DNA of 64,000 nucleotides from Eledone cirrhosa (taxonomy: Eukaryota). A program made the position numbers and the translations under genes. The notes under the pieces are model-generated. The model did no database searches. It was not told where the DNA came from and saw only the letters and a list, made by a program, of their open reading frames with translations. Location of the stretch: positions 409,820,001 through 409,884,000 of the forward strand of contig OZ024741.1 in NCBI GenBank assembly GCA_964016885.1, read 5' to 3'. Shown one piece after another: positions 10,301-26,300 of this stretch; position 1 is the first letter of the stretch, and the number at the start of each line of letters is the position of its first letter.

Positions 10301-11324
10301 CAATAAGTACACTGTATCTCTGGGTATATCTGGTTTACAATAGGTACACTGTATCCCTGTGTATATCAAGTTTACAATAGGTACACTGTATCCCTGTGTA
10401 TATCAAGTTTACAATAGGTACACTGTATCCCTGTGTATATCTGGTTTACAATAGGTACACTGTATCCCTGTATATCAGGTTTACAATAGGTACACTGTAT
10501 CCCTGGGTATATCAGGTTTACAATAGGTACACTGTATTCCAGTATATATCTGGTTTACACTAGGTACACTGTATCCCTGGGTATATCTGGTTTACAATAG
10601 GTACACTGAATCCCTGTATATCTGGTTTACAATAGGTACACTGTATCCCAGTGTATATCTGATTTACAATAGGTACACTGTATCCCTGTGTATATCTAGT
10701 TTACAATAGGTACACTGTATCCCTGTGTATATCTGGTTTACAATAGGTACACTGTATCCCTGTGTATATCTAGTTTACAATAGGTACACTGTACCACTGT
10801 GTATATCTGGTTTACAATAGGTACACTGAATCCCTGTATATCTGGTTTACAATAGGTACACTGTATCCCTGTGTATATCAGGTTTACAATAGGTACACTG
10901 TATCCCTGTGTACATCTGGTTTACAATAGGTACACTGTATCCCAGTGAGTATCTGGTTTACAATAGGTACACTGTATACCTGTGTATATCAGGTTTACTA
11001 TAGGTACACTGTATCCCTGTGTATATCTGGTTTTCAATAGGTACACTGTATCCTTGTGTTATATCTGGTTTACAATAGGTACACTGTATCCCTGTGTATA
11101 TCTGGTTTACAATAAGTACACTGTATCCCTGGGTATATCTGGTTTACAATAGGTACACTGTATCCCTGTGCATATCAGGTTTACAATAGCTACCCTGTAT
11201 CCCAGTATATATCTGGTTTACAATAGGTACACTGTATCCCAGTGTGTATCAGGTTTACAATAGGTACACTGTATCACTGTATATATCTGGTTTTCAATAG
11301 GTACACTGTATCTCTGTGTATATC
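4359..11324. repeat. ~3.5-kb tandem duplication inside the array (about 4359-7853 / 7854-11324)
   Basis: Rare variants recur at offset 3495: AGATTT 4961/8456, GTGTGTTTCA 5501/8996, TATTCGGG 6131/9626. The offset becomes 3460 after loss of a 35-bp monomer (GTACCACTG 7331/10791). Confidence 0.85.
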
Positions 11325-14300
11325 TAGTTTACAATAGGTACACTGAATCCCTGTCTATATCTGGTTTACAATAGGTACACTGTATCCCTGGGTATATCTG
11401 ATTTACAATAGTTACACTGTATCCCCGTGTATATCAAGTTTACAATAGGTACACTGTATCCCTGTGTATATCTGGTTTACAATAGGTACACTGTATCCCT
11501 GTATATCAGGTTTACAATAGGTTCACTGTATCCCTGTGTATCTGGTTTACAATAGGTACACTGTATCCCTGGGTATATCAGGTTTACAATAGGTACACAG
11601 TATCCTGATGTATATCTGGTTTACAATAGGTACACTGTATTCCAGTATATATCTGGTTTACACTAGGTACACTGTATCCCTGGGTATATCTGGTTTACAA
11701 TAGGTACACTGAATCCCTGTATATCTGGTTTACAATAGGTACACTGTATCCCAGTGTATATCTGATTTACAATAGGTACACTGTATCCCTGTGTATATCT
11801 AGTTTACAATAGGTACACTGTATCCCTGTGTATATCTGGTTTACAATAGGTACACTGTATCCCTGTGTATATCTAGTTTACAATAGGTACACTGTATCCC
11901 TGTGTATATCTGGTTTACAATAGGTACACTGAATCCCTGTATATCTGGTTTACAATAGGTACACTGTATCCCTGTGTATATCAGGTTTACAATAGGTACA
12001 CTGTATCCCTGTGTACATCTGGTTTACAATAGGTACACTGTATCCCAGTGAGTATCTGGTTTACAATAGGTACACTGTATACCTGTGTATTTCAGGTTTA
12101 CAATAGGTACACTGTATCTCAGTGTATATCAGGTTTGCAATAGGTACACAGTATCCCAGTGTATATCAGGTTTACAATAGGTACACAGTATCGCTGTATA
12201 TCTGGTTTACAATAGGTACACTGTCTCCCTGTGTATATCTGGTTTACAATAGGTACACTGTATCCCTGGGTATATCGGGTTTATAATAGGTACACTGTAT
12301 CACTGTGTATATCTGGTTTACAATAGGTACACTGTATCCCAGTGTGTATCTGGTTTACAATAGGTACACTGTATCCCTGTGTATATCAGGTTTACAATAA
12401 GTACACTGTATCCCTGTGTATCTGGTTTACAATAGGTACACTGTATCCCTGTGTATATCAGGTTTACTATAGGTACACTGTATCCCTGTGTATATCTGGT
12501 TTACAATAGGTACACTGTATCCCTGGGTATATCAGGTTTACAATAGGTACACTGAATCCCTGTGTATATCTGGTTTACAATAGGTACACTGTATCCCTGG
12601 GTATATCTGGTTTACGATAGGTACACTGTATCCCTGTGTATATTTGGTTTACAATAGGTACACTGTATCCCAGTGTATATCAGGTTTACAATAGGTACAC
12701 TGCATCCCTGTGTATATCTGGTTTATAATAAGTACACTGTCTCCCTAGGTATACCTGGTTTACATTAGGTACCCTGTATCCCAGTGTATATCAGGTTTAC
12801 AATAGGTACACTGTATCCCTGTGTATCTGGTTTACAATAGGTACACTGTATCCCTGTGTATATCAAGTTTACTATAGGTACACTGCATCCCTGTGTATAT
12901 CTTGTTTATAATAAGTACACTGTCTCCCTGGGTATATCTGGTTTACATTAGGTACACTGTATCCCAGTGTATATCAGGTTTACAATAGGTACACTGTATC
13001 CCTGCTGTATATCTGGTTTACAATAGGTACTCTGTATCTCAGTGTATATCTGGTTTACAATAGGTACACTGTATCCCTGTGTATATCTGGTTTACAATAA
13101 GTACACTGTATCCCTGTGTATATCTGGTTTACAATAGGTACACTGTATCCCTGGGTATATCTGGTTTACAATATGTACACTGTATCCCTGGGTATATCTG
13201 GTTTACAATAGGTACACTGTATCCCTGTATATCAGGTTTACTATAGGTACACTGTATCCCTGTGTATATCTGGTTTACAATAGGTACACTGTATCCCTGT
13301 GTATATCTGGTTTACAATAGGTACACTGTATCCCTGGGTATATCGGGTTTATAATAGGTACACTGTATCACTGTGTATATCTGGTTTACAATAGGTACAC
13401 TGTATCCCAGTGTGTATCTGGTTTACAATAGGTACACTGTATACCTGTGTATATCAGGTTTACAATAGGTACACTGTATCTCAGTGTATATCTGGTTTAC
13501 AATAGGTACACTGTATCCCAGTGTATATCTGGTTTACGATAGGTACACTGTATCCCTGTGTATATCAGGTTTACAATAGGTACACTGTATCCCAGTATAT
13601 ATCAGGTTTACAATAGGTACACTGTATCCCAGTGTATATCAAGTTTACAATAGGTACACAGTATCGCTGTATATCTGGTTTACAATAGGTACACTGTCTC
13701 CCTGTGTATATCTGGTTTACAATAGGTACACTGTATCCCTGTGTATCTGGTTTACAATAGGTACACTGTATCCCTGGGTATATCTGGTTTACAATAGGTA
13801 CACTGTATCCCAGTGTATATCTGGTTTACAATAGGTACACCGTATCCCTGTGTATGTCAGGTTTACAATAGGTCCACTGTATCCCTGTGTATCTGGTTTA
13901 CAATAGGTACACTGTATCCCTGTGTATATCTGGTTTACAATAGGTACACTGTATCCATGGGTATATCTGGTTTACAATAGGTACACTGTATCCCTGTGTA
14001 TATCTGGTTTACAATAGGTACACTGTATCCCTGGGTATATCAGGTTTACAATAGGTACACTGAATCCCTGTGTATATCTGGTTTACAATAGGTACACTGT
14101 ATCCCTGGGTATATCTGGTTTACGATAGGTACACTGTATCCCTGTGTATATTTGGTTTACAATAGGTACACTGTATCCCAGTGTATATCAGGTTTACAAT
14201 AGGTACACTGCATCCCTGTGTATATCTGGTTTATAATAAGTACACTGTCTCCCTAGGTATATCTGGTTTACATTAGGTACACTGTATCCCGGTGTATATC

Positions 14301-17300
14301 AGGTTTACAATAGGTACACTGTATCCCTGTGTATCTGGTTTACAATAGGTACACTGTATCCCTGGGTATATCTGGTTTACAATAGGTACACTGTATCCCT
14401 GGGTATATCAGGTTTACAATAGGTACACTGTATCCCTGTGTATATCTGGTTTACAATAGGTACACTGTATCCATGTGTATATCTGGTTTACAATAGGTAC
14501 ACTGTATCCCTGTATATCAGGTTTACTATAGGTATACTGTATCCCTGTGTATATCTGGTTTACAATAGGTACACTGTATCCCTGTGTATATCTTGTTTAC
14601 AATAGGTACACTGTATCCCTGGGTATATCGGGTTTATAATAGGTACACTGTATCCCTGTGTATCTGGTTTACAATAGGTACACTGTATCCCTGGGTATAT
14701 CTGGTTTACAATAGGTAGACTGTATCCCTGGGTATATCAGGTTTACGATACGTACACTGTATCCCTGTGTATATCTGGTTTACAATAGGTACACTGTATC
14801 CATGGGTATATCTGGTTTACAATAGGTACACTGTATCCCTGTATATCAGGTTTACTATAGTTACACTGTATCCCTGTGTATATCTGGTTTACAATAGGTA
14901 CACTGTATCCCAGTGTATATCTGGTTTACAATAGGTACACTGTATCCCTGGGTATATCGGGTTTATAATAGGTACACTGTATCACTGTGTATATCTGGTT
15001 TACAATAGGTACACTGTATCCCAGTGTGTATCTGGTTTACAATAGGTACACTGTATACCTGTGTATATCAGGTTTACAATAGGTACACTGTATCTCAGTG
15101 TATGTCTGGTCTACAATAGGTACACTGTATCCCAGTGTATATCTGGTTTACAATAGGTACACTGTATCCCTGTGTATATCAGGTTTACTATAGGTACACT
15201 GTATCCCTGTGTATATCTGGTTTTCAATAGGTACACTGTATCCTTGTGTTATATCTGGTTTACAATAGGTACACTGTATCCCTGTGTATATCTGGTTTAC
15301 AATAAGTACACTGTATCCCTGGGTATATCTGGTTTACAATAGGTACACTGTATCCCTGTGCATATCAGGTTTACAATAGCTACCCTGTATCCCAGTATAT
15401 ATCTGGTTTACAATAGGTACACTGTATCCCAGTGTGTATCAGGTTTACAATAGGTACACTGTATCACTGTATATATCTGGTTTTCAATAGGTACACTGTA
15501 TTTCTTTTTTATATCTAGTTTACAATAGGTACACTGAATCCCTGTCTATATCTGGTTTACAATAGGTACACTGTATCCCTGTGTATATCTGGTTTTCAAT
15601 AGGTACACTGTATCCTTGTGTTATATCTGGTTTACAATAGGTACACTGTATCCCTGTGTATATCAAGTTTACAATAGGTACACTGTATCCCTGTGTATAT
15701 CAAGTTTACAATAGGTACACTGTATCCCTGTGTATATCTGGTTTACAATAGGTACACTGTATCCCTGTATATCAGGTATACAATAGGTACACTGTATCCC
15801 TGTGTATCTGGTTTACAATAGGTACACTGTATCCCTGGGTATATCAGGTTTACAATAGGTACACAGTATCCTGATGTATATCTAGTTTACAATAGGTACA
15901 CTGTATCCCTGTGTATATCTGGTTTTCAATAGGTACACTGTATCCCTGTGTATATCTAGTTTACAATAGGTACACTGTATCACTGTGTATATCTGGTTTA
16001 CAATAGGTACACTGAATCCCTGTATATCTGGTTTACAATAGGTACACTGTATCCCTGTGTATATCAGGTTTACAATAGGTACACTGTATCCCTGTGTACA
16101 TCTGGTTTGCAATAGGTACACTGTATCCCAGTGAGTATCTGGTTTACAATAGGTACACTGTATACCTGTGTATATCAGGTTTACTATAGGTACACTGTAT
16201 CCCTGTGTATATCTGGTTTTCAATAGGTACACTGTATCCTTGTGTTATATCTGGTTTACAATAGGTACACTGTATCCCTGTGTATATCTGGTTTACAATA
16301 AGTACACTGTATCCCTGGGTATATCTGGTTTACAATAGGTACACTGTATCCCTGTGCATATCAGGTTTACAATAGCTACCCTGTATCCCAGTATATATCT
16401 GGTTTACAATAGGTACACTGTATCCCAGTGTGTATCAGGTTTACAATAGGTACACTGTATCACAGTATATATCTGGTTTTCAATAGGTACACTGTATCTC
16501 TGTGTATATCTAGTTTACAATAGGTACACTGAATCCCTGTCTATATCTGGTTTACAATAGGTACACTGTATCCCTGGGTATATCTGGTTTACAATAGTTA
16601 CACTGTATCCCTGTGTATATCAAGTTTACAATAGGTACACTGTATCCCTGTGTATATCAAGTTTACAATAGGTACACTGTATCCCTGTGTATATCTGGTT
16701 TACAATAGGTACACTGTATCCCTGTATATCAGGTTTACAATAGGTACACTGTATCCCTGTGTATCTGGTTTACAATAGGTACACTGTATCCCTGGGTATA
16801 TCAGGTTTACAATAGGTACACAGTATCCTGATGTATATCTGGTTTACAATAGGTACACTGTATTCCAGTATATATCTGGTTTACACTAGGTACACTGTAT
16901 CCCTGGGTATATCTGGTTTACAATAGGTACACTGAATCCCTGTATATCTGGTTTACAATAGGTACACTGTATCCCAGTGTATATCTGATTTACAATAGGT
17001 ACACTGTATCCCTGTGTATATCTAGTTTACAATAGGTACACTGTATCCCTGTGTATATCTGGTTTACAATAGGTACACTGTATCCCTGTGTATATCTAGT
17101 TTACAATAGGTACACTGTATCCCTGTGTATATCTGGTTTACAATAGGTACACTGAATCCCTGTATATCTGGTTTACAATAGGTACACTGTATCCCTGTGT
17201 ATATCAGGTTTACAATAGGTACACTGTATCCCTGTGTACATCTGGTTTACAATAGGTACACTGTATCCCAGTGAGTATCTGGTTTACAATAGGTACACTG

Positions 17301-20300
17301 TATACCTGTGTATTTCAGGTTTACAATAGGTACACTGTATCTCAGTGTATATCAGGTTTACAATAGGTACACAGTATCCCAGTGTATATCAGGTTTACAA
17401 TAGGTACACAGTATCGCTGTATATCTGGTTTACAATAGGTACACTGTCTCCCTGTGTATATCTGGTTTACAATAGGTACACTGTATCCCTGGGTATATCG
17501 GGTTTATAATAGGTACACTGTATCACTGTGTATATCTGGTTTACAATAGGTACACTGTATCCCAGTGTGTATCTGGTTTACAATAGGTACACTGTATCCC
17601 TGTGTATATCAGGTTTACAATAGGTACACTGTATCCCTGTGTATCTGGTTTACAATAGGTACACTGTATCCCTGTGTATATCAGGTTTACTATAGGTACA
17701 CTGTATCCCTGTGTATATCTGGTTTACAATAGGTACACTGTATCCCTGGGTATATCAGGTTTACAACAGGTACACTGAATCCCTGTGTATATCTGGTTTA
17801 CAATAGGTACACTGTATCCCTGGGTATATCTGGTTTACGATAGGTACACTGTATCCCTGTGTATATTTGGTTTACAATAGGTACACTGTATCCCAGTGTA
17901 TATCAGGTTTACAATAGGTACACTGCATCCCTGTGTATATCTGGTTTATAATAAGTACACTGTCTCCCTAGGTATACCTGGTTTACATTAGGTACCCTGT
18001 ATCCCAGTGTATATCAGGTTTACAATAGGTACATTGTATCCCTGTGTATCTGGTTTACAATAGGTACACTGTATCCCTGGGTATATCTGGTTTACAATAG
18101 GTACACTGTATCCCTGGGTATATCAGGTTTACAATAGGTACACTGTATCCCTGTGTATATCTGGTTTACAATAGGTACACTGTATCCATGGGTATATCTG
18201 GTTTACAATAGGTACACTGTATCCCTGTATATCAGGTTTACTATAGGTATACTGTATCCCTGTGTATATCTGGTTTACAATAGGTACACTGTATCCCTGT
18301 GTATATCTTGTTTACAATAGGTACACTGTATCCCTGGGTATATCGGGTTTATAATAGGTACACTGTATCCCTGTGTATCTGGTTTACAATAGGTACACTG
18401 TATCCCTGGGTATATCTGGTTTACAATAGGTAAACTGTATCCCGGTATATCAGGTTTACTATAGGTACACTGTATCCCTGTGTATATCTGGTTTACAATA
18501 GGTACACTGTATCCCAGTGTATATCTGGTTTACAATAGGTACACTGTATCCCTGGGTATATCGGGTTTATAATAGGTACACTGTATCACTGTGTATATCT
18601 GGTTTACAATAGGTACACTGTATCCCAGTGTGTATCTGGTTTACAATAGGTACACTGTATACCTGTGTATATCAGGTTTACAATAGGTACACTGTATCTC
18701 AGTGTATGTGTGGTCTACAATAGGTACACTGTATCCCAGTGTATATCTGGTTTACAATAGGTTCACTGTATCCCTGTGTATATCAGGTTTACTATAGGTA
18801 CACTGTATCCCTGTGTATATCTGGTTTTCAATAGGTACACTGTATCCTTGTGTTATATCTGGTTTACAATAGGTACACTGTATCCCTGTGTATATCTGGT
18901 TTACAATAAGTACACTGTATCCCTGGGTATATCTGGTTTACAATAGGTACACTGTATCCCTGTGCATATCAGGTTTACAATAGCTACCCTGTATCCCAGT
19001 ATATATCTGGTTTACAATAGGTACACTGTATCCCAGTGTGTATCAGGTTTACGATAGGTACACTGTATCACTGTATATATCTGGTTTTCAATAGGTACAC
19101 TGTATCTCTGTGTATATCTAGTTTACAATAGGTACACTGAATCCCTGTCTATATCTGGTTTACAATAGGTACACTGTATCCCTGGGTATATCTGGTTTAC
19201 AATAGTTACACTGTATCCCTGTGTATATCAAGTTTACAATAGGTACACTGTATCCCTGTGTATATCAAGTTTACAATAGGTACACTGTATCCCTGTGTAT
19301 ATTTGGTTTACAATAGGTACACTGTATCCCTGTATATCAGGTTTACAATAGGTACACTGTATCCCTGTGTATCTGGTTTACAATAGGTACACTGTATCCC
19401 TGGGTATATCAGGTTTACAATAGGTACACTGTATCCTGATGTATATCTGGTTTACAATAGGTACACTGTATTCCAGTATATATCTGGTTTACACTAGGTA
19501 CACTGTATCCCTGGGTATATCTGGTTTACAATAGGTACACTGAATCCCTGTATATCTGGTTTACAATAGGTACACTGTATCCCAGTGTATATCTGATTTA
19601 CAATAGGTACACTGTATCCCTGTGTATATCTGGTTTACAATAGGTACACTGTATCCCTGTGTATATCTAGTTTACAATAGGTACACTGTATCCCTGTGTA
19701 TATCTGGTTTACAATAGGTACACTGTATCCCTGTGTATATCTAGTTTACAATAGGTACACTGTATCCCTGTGTATATCTGGTTTACAATAGGTACACTGA
19801 ATCCCTGTATATCTGGTTTACAATAGGTACACTGTATCCCTGTGTATATCAGGTTTACAATAGGTACACTGTATCCCTGTGTACATCTGGTTTACAATAG
19901 GTACACTGTATCCCAGTGAGTATCTGGTTTACAATAGGTACACTGTATACCTGTGTATATCAGGTTTACAATAGGTACACTGTATCTCAGTGTATATCAG
20001 GTTTACAATTGGTACACAGTATCCCTGTGTATATCAGGTTTACAATAGGTACACAGTATCGCTGTATATCTGGTTTACAATAGGTACACTGTCTCCCTGT
20101 GTATATCTGGTTTACAATAGGTACACTGTATCCCTGGGTATATCGGGTTTATAATAGGTACACTGTATCACTGTGTATATCTGGTTTACAATAGGTACAC
20201 TGTATCCCAGTGTGTATCTGGTTTACAATAGGTACACTGTATCCCTGTGTATATCAGGTTTACAATAGGTACACTGTATCCCTGTGTATCTGGTTTACAA

Positions 20301-23300
20301 TAGGTACACTGTATCCCAGTGTATATCTGGTTTACAATAGGTACACTGTATGCCTGTGTATATCAGGTTTACTATAGGTACACTGTATCCCTGTGTATAT
20401 CTGGTTTTCAATAGGTACACTGTATCCTTGTGTTATATCTGGTTTACAATAGGTACACTGTATCCCTGTGTATATCTGGTTTACAATAAGTACACTGTAT
20501 CCCTGGGTATATCTGGTTTACAATAGGTACACTGTATCCCTGTGCATATCAGGTTTACAATAGCTACCCTGTATCCCAGTATATATCTGGTTTACAATAG
20601 GTACACTGTATCCCAGTGTGTATCAGGTTTACAATAGGTACACTGTATCACTGTATATATCTGGTTTTCAATAGGTACACTGTATCTCTGTGTATATCTA
20701 GTTTACAATAGGTACACTGAATCCCTGGGTATATCTGGTTTACAATAGGTAAACTGTATCCCTGTGTATATCAAGTTTACAATAGGTATACTGTATCCCT
20801 GTGTATATCAAGTTTACAATAGGTACACTGTATCCCTGTGTATATCTGGTTTACAATAGGTACACTGTATCCCTGTATATCAGGTTTACAATAGGTACAC
20901 TGTATCCCTGTGTATCTGGTTTACAATAGGTACACTGTATCCCTGGGTATATCTGGTTTACAACAGGTACACTGTATCCCTGGGTATATCAGGTTTACAA
21001 TAGGTACACTGTATCCTGATGTATATCTGGTTTACAATAGGTACACTGTATTCCGGTATATATCTGGTTTACACTAGGTACACTGTATCCCTGGGTATAT
21101 CTGGTTTACAATAGGTACACTGAATCCCTGTATATCTGGTTTACAATAGGTACACTGTATCCCCGTGTATATCTGGTTTACAATAGGTACACTGTATCCC
21201 TGTGTATATCTGGTTTACAATAGGTACACTGTATCCCTGTGTATATCTAGTTTACAATAGGTACACTGTATCCCTGGGTATATCAGGTTTACAATAGGTA
21301 CACTGTATCCCTGTGTATATCTGGTTTACAATAGGTACACTGTATCCATGGGTATATCTGGTTTACAATAGGTACACTGTATCCCTGTATATCAGGTTTA
21401 CTATAGGTATACTGTATCCCTGTGTATATCTGGTTTACAATAGGTACACTGTATCCCTGTGTATATCTTGTTTACAATAGGTACACTGTATCCCTGGGTA
21501 TATCGGGTTTATAATAGGTACACTGTATCCCTGTGTATCTGGTTTACAATAGGTACACTGTATCCCTGGGTATATCTGGTTTACAATAGGTACACTGTAT
21601 CCCTGGGTATATCAGGTTTACAATAGGTACACTGTATCCCTGTGTATATCTGGTTTACAATAGGTACACTCTATCCATGGGTATATCTGGTTTACAATAG
21701 GTACACTGTATCTCAGTGTATGTCTGGTCTACGATAGGTACACTGTATCCCAGTGTGTATCAGGTTTACTATAGGTACACTGTATCCCTGTGTATATCTG
21801 GTTTTCAATAGGTACACTGTATCCTTGTGTTATATCTGGTTTACAATAGGTACACTGTATCCTTGTGTTATATCTGGTTTACAATAGGTACACTGTATCC
21901 CTGTGTATATCTGGTTTACAATAAGTACACTGTATCCCTGGGTATATCTGGTTTACAATAGGTACACTGTATCCCTGTGCATATCAGGTTTACAATAGCT
22001 ACCCTGTATCCCAGTATATATCTGGTTTACAATAGGTACACTGTATCCCAGTGTGTATCAGGTTTACGATAGGTACACTGTATCACTGTATATATCTGGT
22101 TTTCAATAGGTACACTGTATCTCTGTGTATATCTAGTTTACAATAGGTACACTGAATCCCTGTCTATATCTGGTTTACAATAGGAACACTGTATCCCTGG
22201 GTATATCTGGTTTACAATAGTTACACTGTATCCCTGTGTATATCAAGTTTACAATAGGTACACTGTATCCCTGTGTATATCAAGTTTACAATAGGTACAC
22301 TGTATCCCTGTGTATATCTGGTTTACAATAGGTACACTGTATCCCTGTATATCAGGTTTACAATAGGTACACTGTATCCCTGTGTATCTGGTTTACAATA
22401 GGTACACTGTATCCCTGGGTATATCAGGTTTACAATAGGTACACTGTATCCTGATGTATATCTGGTTTACAATAGGTACACTGAATCCCTGTATATCTGG
22501 TTTACAATAGGTACACTGTATCCCAGTGTATATCTGATTTACAATAGGTACACTGTATCCCTGTGTATATCTGGTTTACAATAGGTACACTGTATCCCTG
22601 TGTATATCTAGTTTACAATAGGTACACTGTATCCCTGTGTATATCTGGTTTACAATAGGTACACTGTATCCCTGTGTATATCTAGTTTACAATAGGTACA
22701 CTGTATCCCTGTGTATATCTGGTTTACAATAGGTACACTGAATCCCTGTATATCTGGTTTACAATAGGTACACTGTATCCCTGTGTATATCAGGTTTACA
22801 ATAGGTACACTGTATCCCTGTGTACATCTGGTTTACAATAGGTACACTGTATCCCAGTGAGTATCTGGTTTACAATAGGTACACTGTATACCTGTGTATA
22901 TCAGGTTTACAATAGGTACACTGTATCTCAGTGTATATCAGGTTTACAATTGGTACACAGTATCCCTGTGTATATCAGGTTTACAATAGGTACACAGTAT
23001 CGCTGTATATCTGGTTTACAATAGGTACACTGTCTCCCTGTGTATATCTGGTTTACAATAGGTACACTGTATCCCTGGGTATATCGGGTTTATAATAGGT
23101 ACACTGTATCACTGTGTATATCTGGTTTACAATAGGTACACTGTATCCCAGTGTGTATCTGGTTTACAATAGGTACACTGTATCCCTGTGTATATCAGGT
23201 TTACAATAGGTACACTGTATCCCTGTGTATCTGGTTTACAATAGGTACACTGTATCCCAGTGTATATCTGGTTTACAATAGGTACACTGTATCCCTGTGT

Positions 23301-26300
23301 ATATCAGGTTTACTATAGGTACACTGTATCCCTGTGTATATCTGGTTTTCAATAGGTACACTGTATCCTTGTGTTATATCTGGTTTACAATAGGTACACT
23401 GTATCCCTGTGTATATCTGGTTTACAATAAGTACACTGTATCCCTGGGTATATCTGGTTTACAATAGGTACACTGTATCCCTGTGCATATCAGGTTTACA
23501 ATAGCTACCCTGTATCCCAGTATATATCTGGTTTACAATAGGTACACTGTATGCCAGTGTGTATCAGGTTTACAATAGGTACACTCTATCACTGTATATA
23601 TCTGGTTTTCAATAGGTACACTGTATCTCTGTGTATATCTAGTTTACAATAGGTACACTGAATCCCTGTCTATATCTGGTTTACAATAGGTACACTGTAT
23701 CCCTGGGTATATCTGGTTTACAATAGGTACACTGTATCCCTGTGTATATCAAGTTTACAATAGGTATACTGTATCCCTGTGTATATCAAGTTTACAATAG
23801 GTACACTGTATCCCTGTGTATATCTGGTTTACAATAGGTACACTGTATCCCTGTATATCAGGTTTACAATAGGTACACTGTATCCCTGTGTATCTGGTTT
23901 ACAATAGGTACACTGTATCCCTGGGTATATCTGGTTTACAACAGGTACACTGTATCCCTGGGTATATCAGGTTTACAATAGCTACACTGTATCCTGATGT
24001 ATATCTGGTTTACAATAGGTACACTGTATTCCAGTATATATCTGGTTTACACTAGGTACACTGTATCCCTGGGTATATCTGGTTTACAATAGGTACACTG
24101 AATCCCTGTATATCTGGTTTACAATAGGTACACTGTATCCCAGTGTATATCTGGTTTACAATAGGTACACTGTATCCCTGTGTATATCTGGTTTACAATA
24201 GGTACACTGTATCCCTGTGTATATCTAGTTTACAATAGGTACACTGTATCCCTGGGTATATCAGGTTTACAATAGGTACACTGTATCCCTGTGTATATCT
24301 GGTTTACAATAGGTACACTGTATCCATGGGTATATCTGGTTTACAATAGGTACACTGTATCCCTGTATATCAGGTTTATTATAGGTATACTGTATCCCTG
24401 TGTATATCTGGTTTACAATAGGTACACTGTATCCCAGTGTATATCTGGTTTACAATAGGTACACTGTATCCCTGTGTATATCAGGTTTACTATAGGTACA
24501 CTGTATCCCTGTGTATATCTGGTTTTCAATAGGTACACTGTATCCTTGTGTTATATCTGGTTTACAATAGGTACACTGTATCCCTGTGTATATCTGGTTT
24601 ACAATAAGTACACTGTATCTCTGGGTATATCTGGTTTACAATAGGTACACTGTATCCCTGTGTATATCAAGTTTACAATAGGTACACTGTATCCCTGTGT
24701 ATATCAAGTTTACAATAGGTACACTGTATCCCTGTGTATATCTGGTTTACAATAGGTACACTGTATCCCTGTATATCAGGTTTACAATAGGTACACTGTA
24801 TCCCTGGGTATATCAGGTTTACAATAGGTACACTGTATTCCAGTATATATCTGGTTTACACTAGGTACACTGTATCCCTGGGTATATCTGGTTTACAATA
24901 GGTACACTGAATCCCTGTATATCTGGTTTACAATAGGTACACTGTATCCCAGTGTATATCTGATTTACAATAGGTACACTGTATCCCTGTGTATATCTAG
25001 TTTACAATAGGTACACTGTATCCCTGTGTATATCTGGTTTACAATAGGTACACTGTATCCCTGTGTATATCTAGTTTACAATAGGTACACTGTACCACTG
25101 TGTATATCTGGTTTACAATAGGTACACTGAATCCCTGTATATCTGGTTTACAATAGGTACACTGTATCCCTGTGTATATCAGGTTTACAATAGGTACACT
25201 GTATCCCTGTGTACATCTGGTTTACAATAGGTACACTGTATCCCAGTGAGTATCTGGTTTACAATAGGTACACTGTATACCTGTGTATATCAGGTTTACT
25301 ATAGGTACACTGTATCCCTGTGTATATCTGGTTTTCAATAGGTACACTGTATCCTTGTGTTATATCTGGTTTACAATAGGTACACTGTATCCCTGTGTAT
25401 ATCTGGTTTACAATAAGTACACTGTATCCCTGGGTATATCTGGTTTACAATAGGTACACTGTATCCCTGTGCATATCAGGTTTACAATAGCTACCCTGTA
25501 TCCCAGTATATATCTGGTTTACAATAGGTACACTGTATCCCAGTGTGTATCAGGTTTACAATAGGTACACTGTATCACTGTATATATCTGGTTTTCAATA
25601 GGTACACTGTATCTCTGTGTATATCTAGTTTACAATAGGTACACTGAATCCCTGTCTATATCTGGTTTACAATAGGTACACTGTATCCCTGGGTATATCT
25701 GATTTACAATAGTTACACTGTATCCCCGTGTATATCAAGTTTACAATAGGTACACTGTATCCCTGTGTATATCTGGTTTACAATAGGTACACTGTATCCC
25801 TGTATATCAGGTTTACAATAGGTTCACTGTATCCCTGTGTATCTGGTTTACAATAGGTACACTGTATCCCTGGGTATATCAGGTTTACAATAGGTACACA
25901 GTATCCTGATGTATATCTGGTTTACAATAGGTACACTGTATTCCAGTATATATCTGGTTTACACTAGGTACACTGTATCCCTGGGTATATCTGGTTTACA
26001 ATAGGTACACTGAATCCCTGTATATCTGGTTTACAATAGGTACACTGTATCCCAGTGTATATCTGATTTACAATAGGTACACTGTATCCCTGTGTATATC
26101 TAGTTTACAATAGGTACACTGTATCCCTGTGTATATCTGGTTTACAATAGGTACACTGTATCCCTGTGTATATCTAGTTTACAATAGGTACACTGTATCC
26201 CTGTGTATATCTGGTTTACAATAGGTACACTGAATCCCTGTATATCTGGTTTACAATAGGTACACTGTATCCCTGTGTATATCAGGTTTACAATAGGTAC

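Noticed and set aside
15501-15510. T-rich patch TTTCTTTTTT as a terminator or poly(A) remnant of a second insertion
   Set aside because: It replaces satellite bases without changing monomer length and has no TSD. It is useful only as a duplication marker (also at 29765).
15882-16232. 116-aa minus-strand ORF
   Set aside because: It is a translation of the satellite that cycles through frames and happens to lack stops because of 35-bp monomers and point variants; there is no coding evidence.
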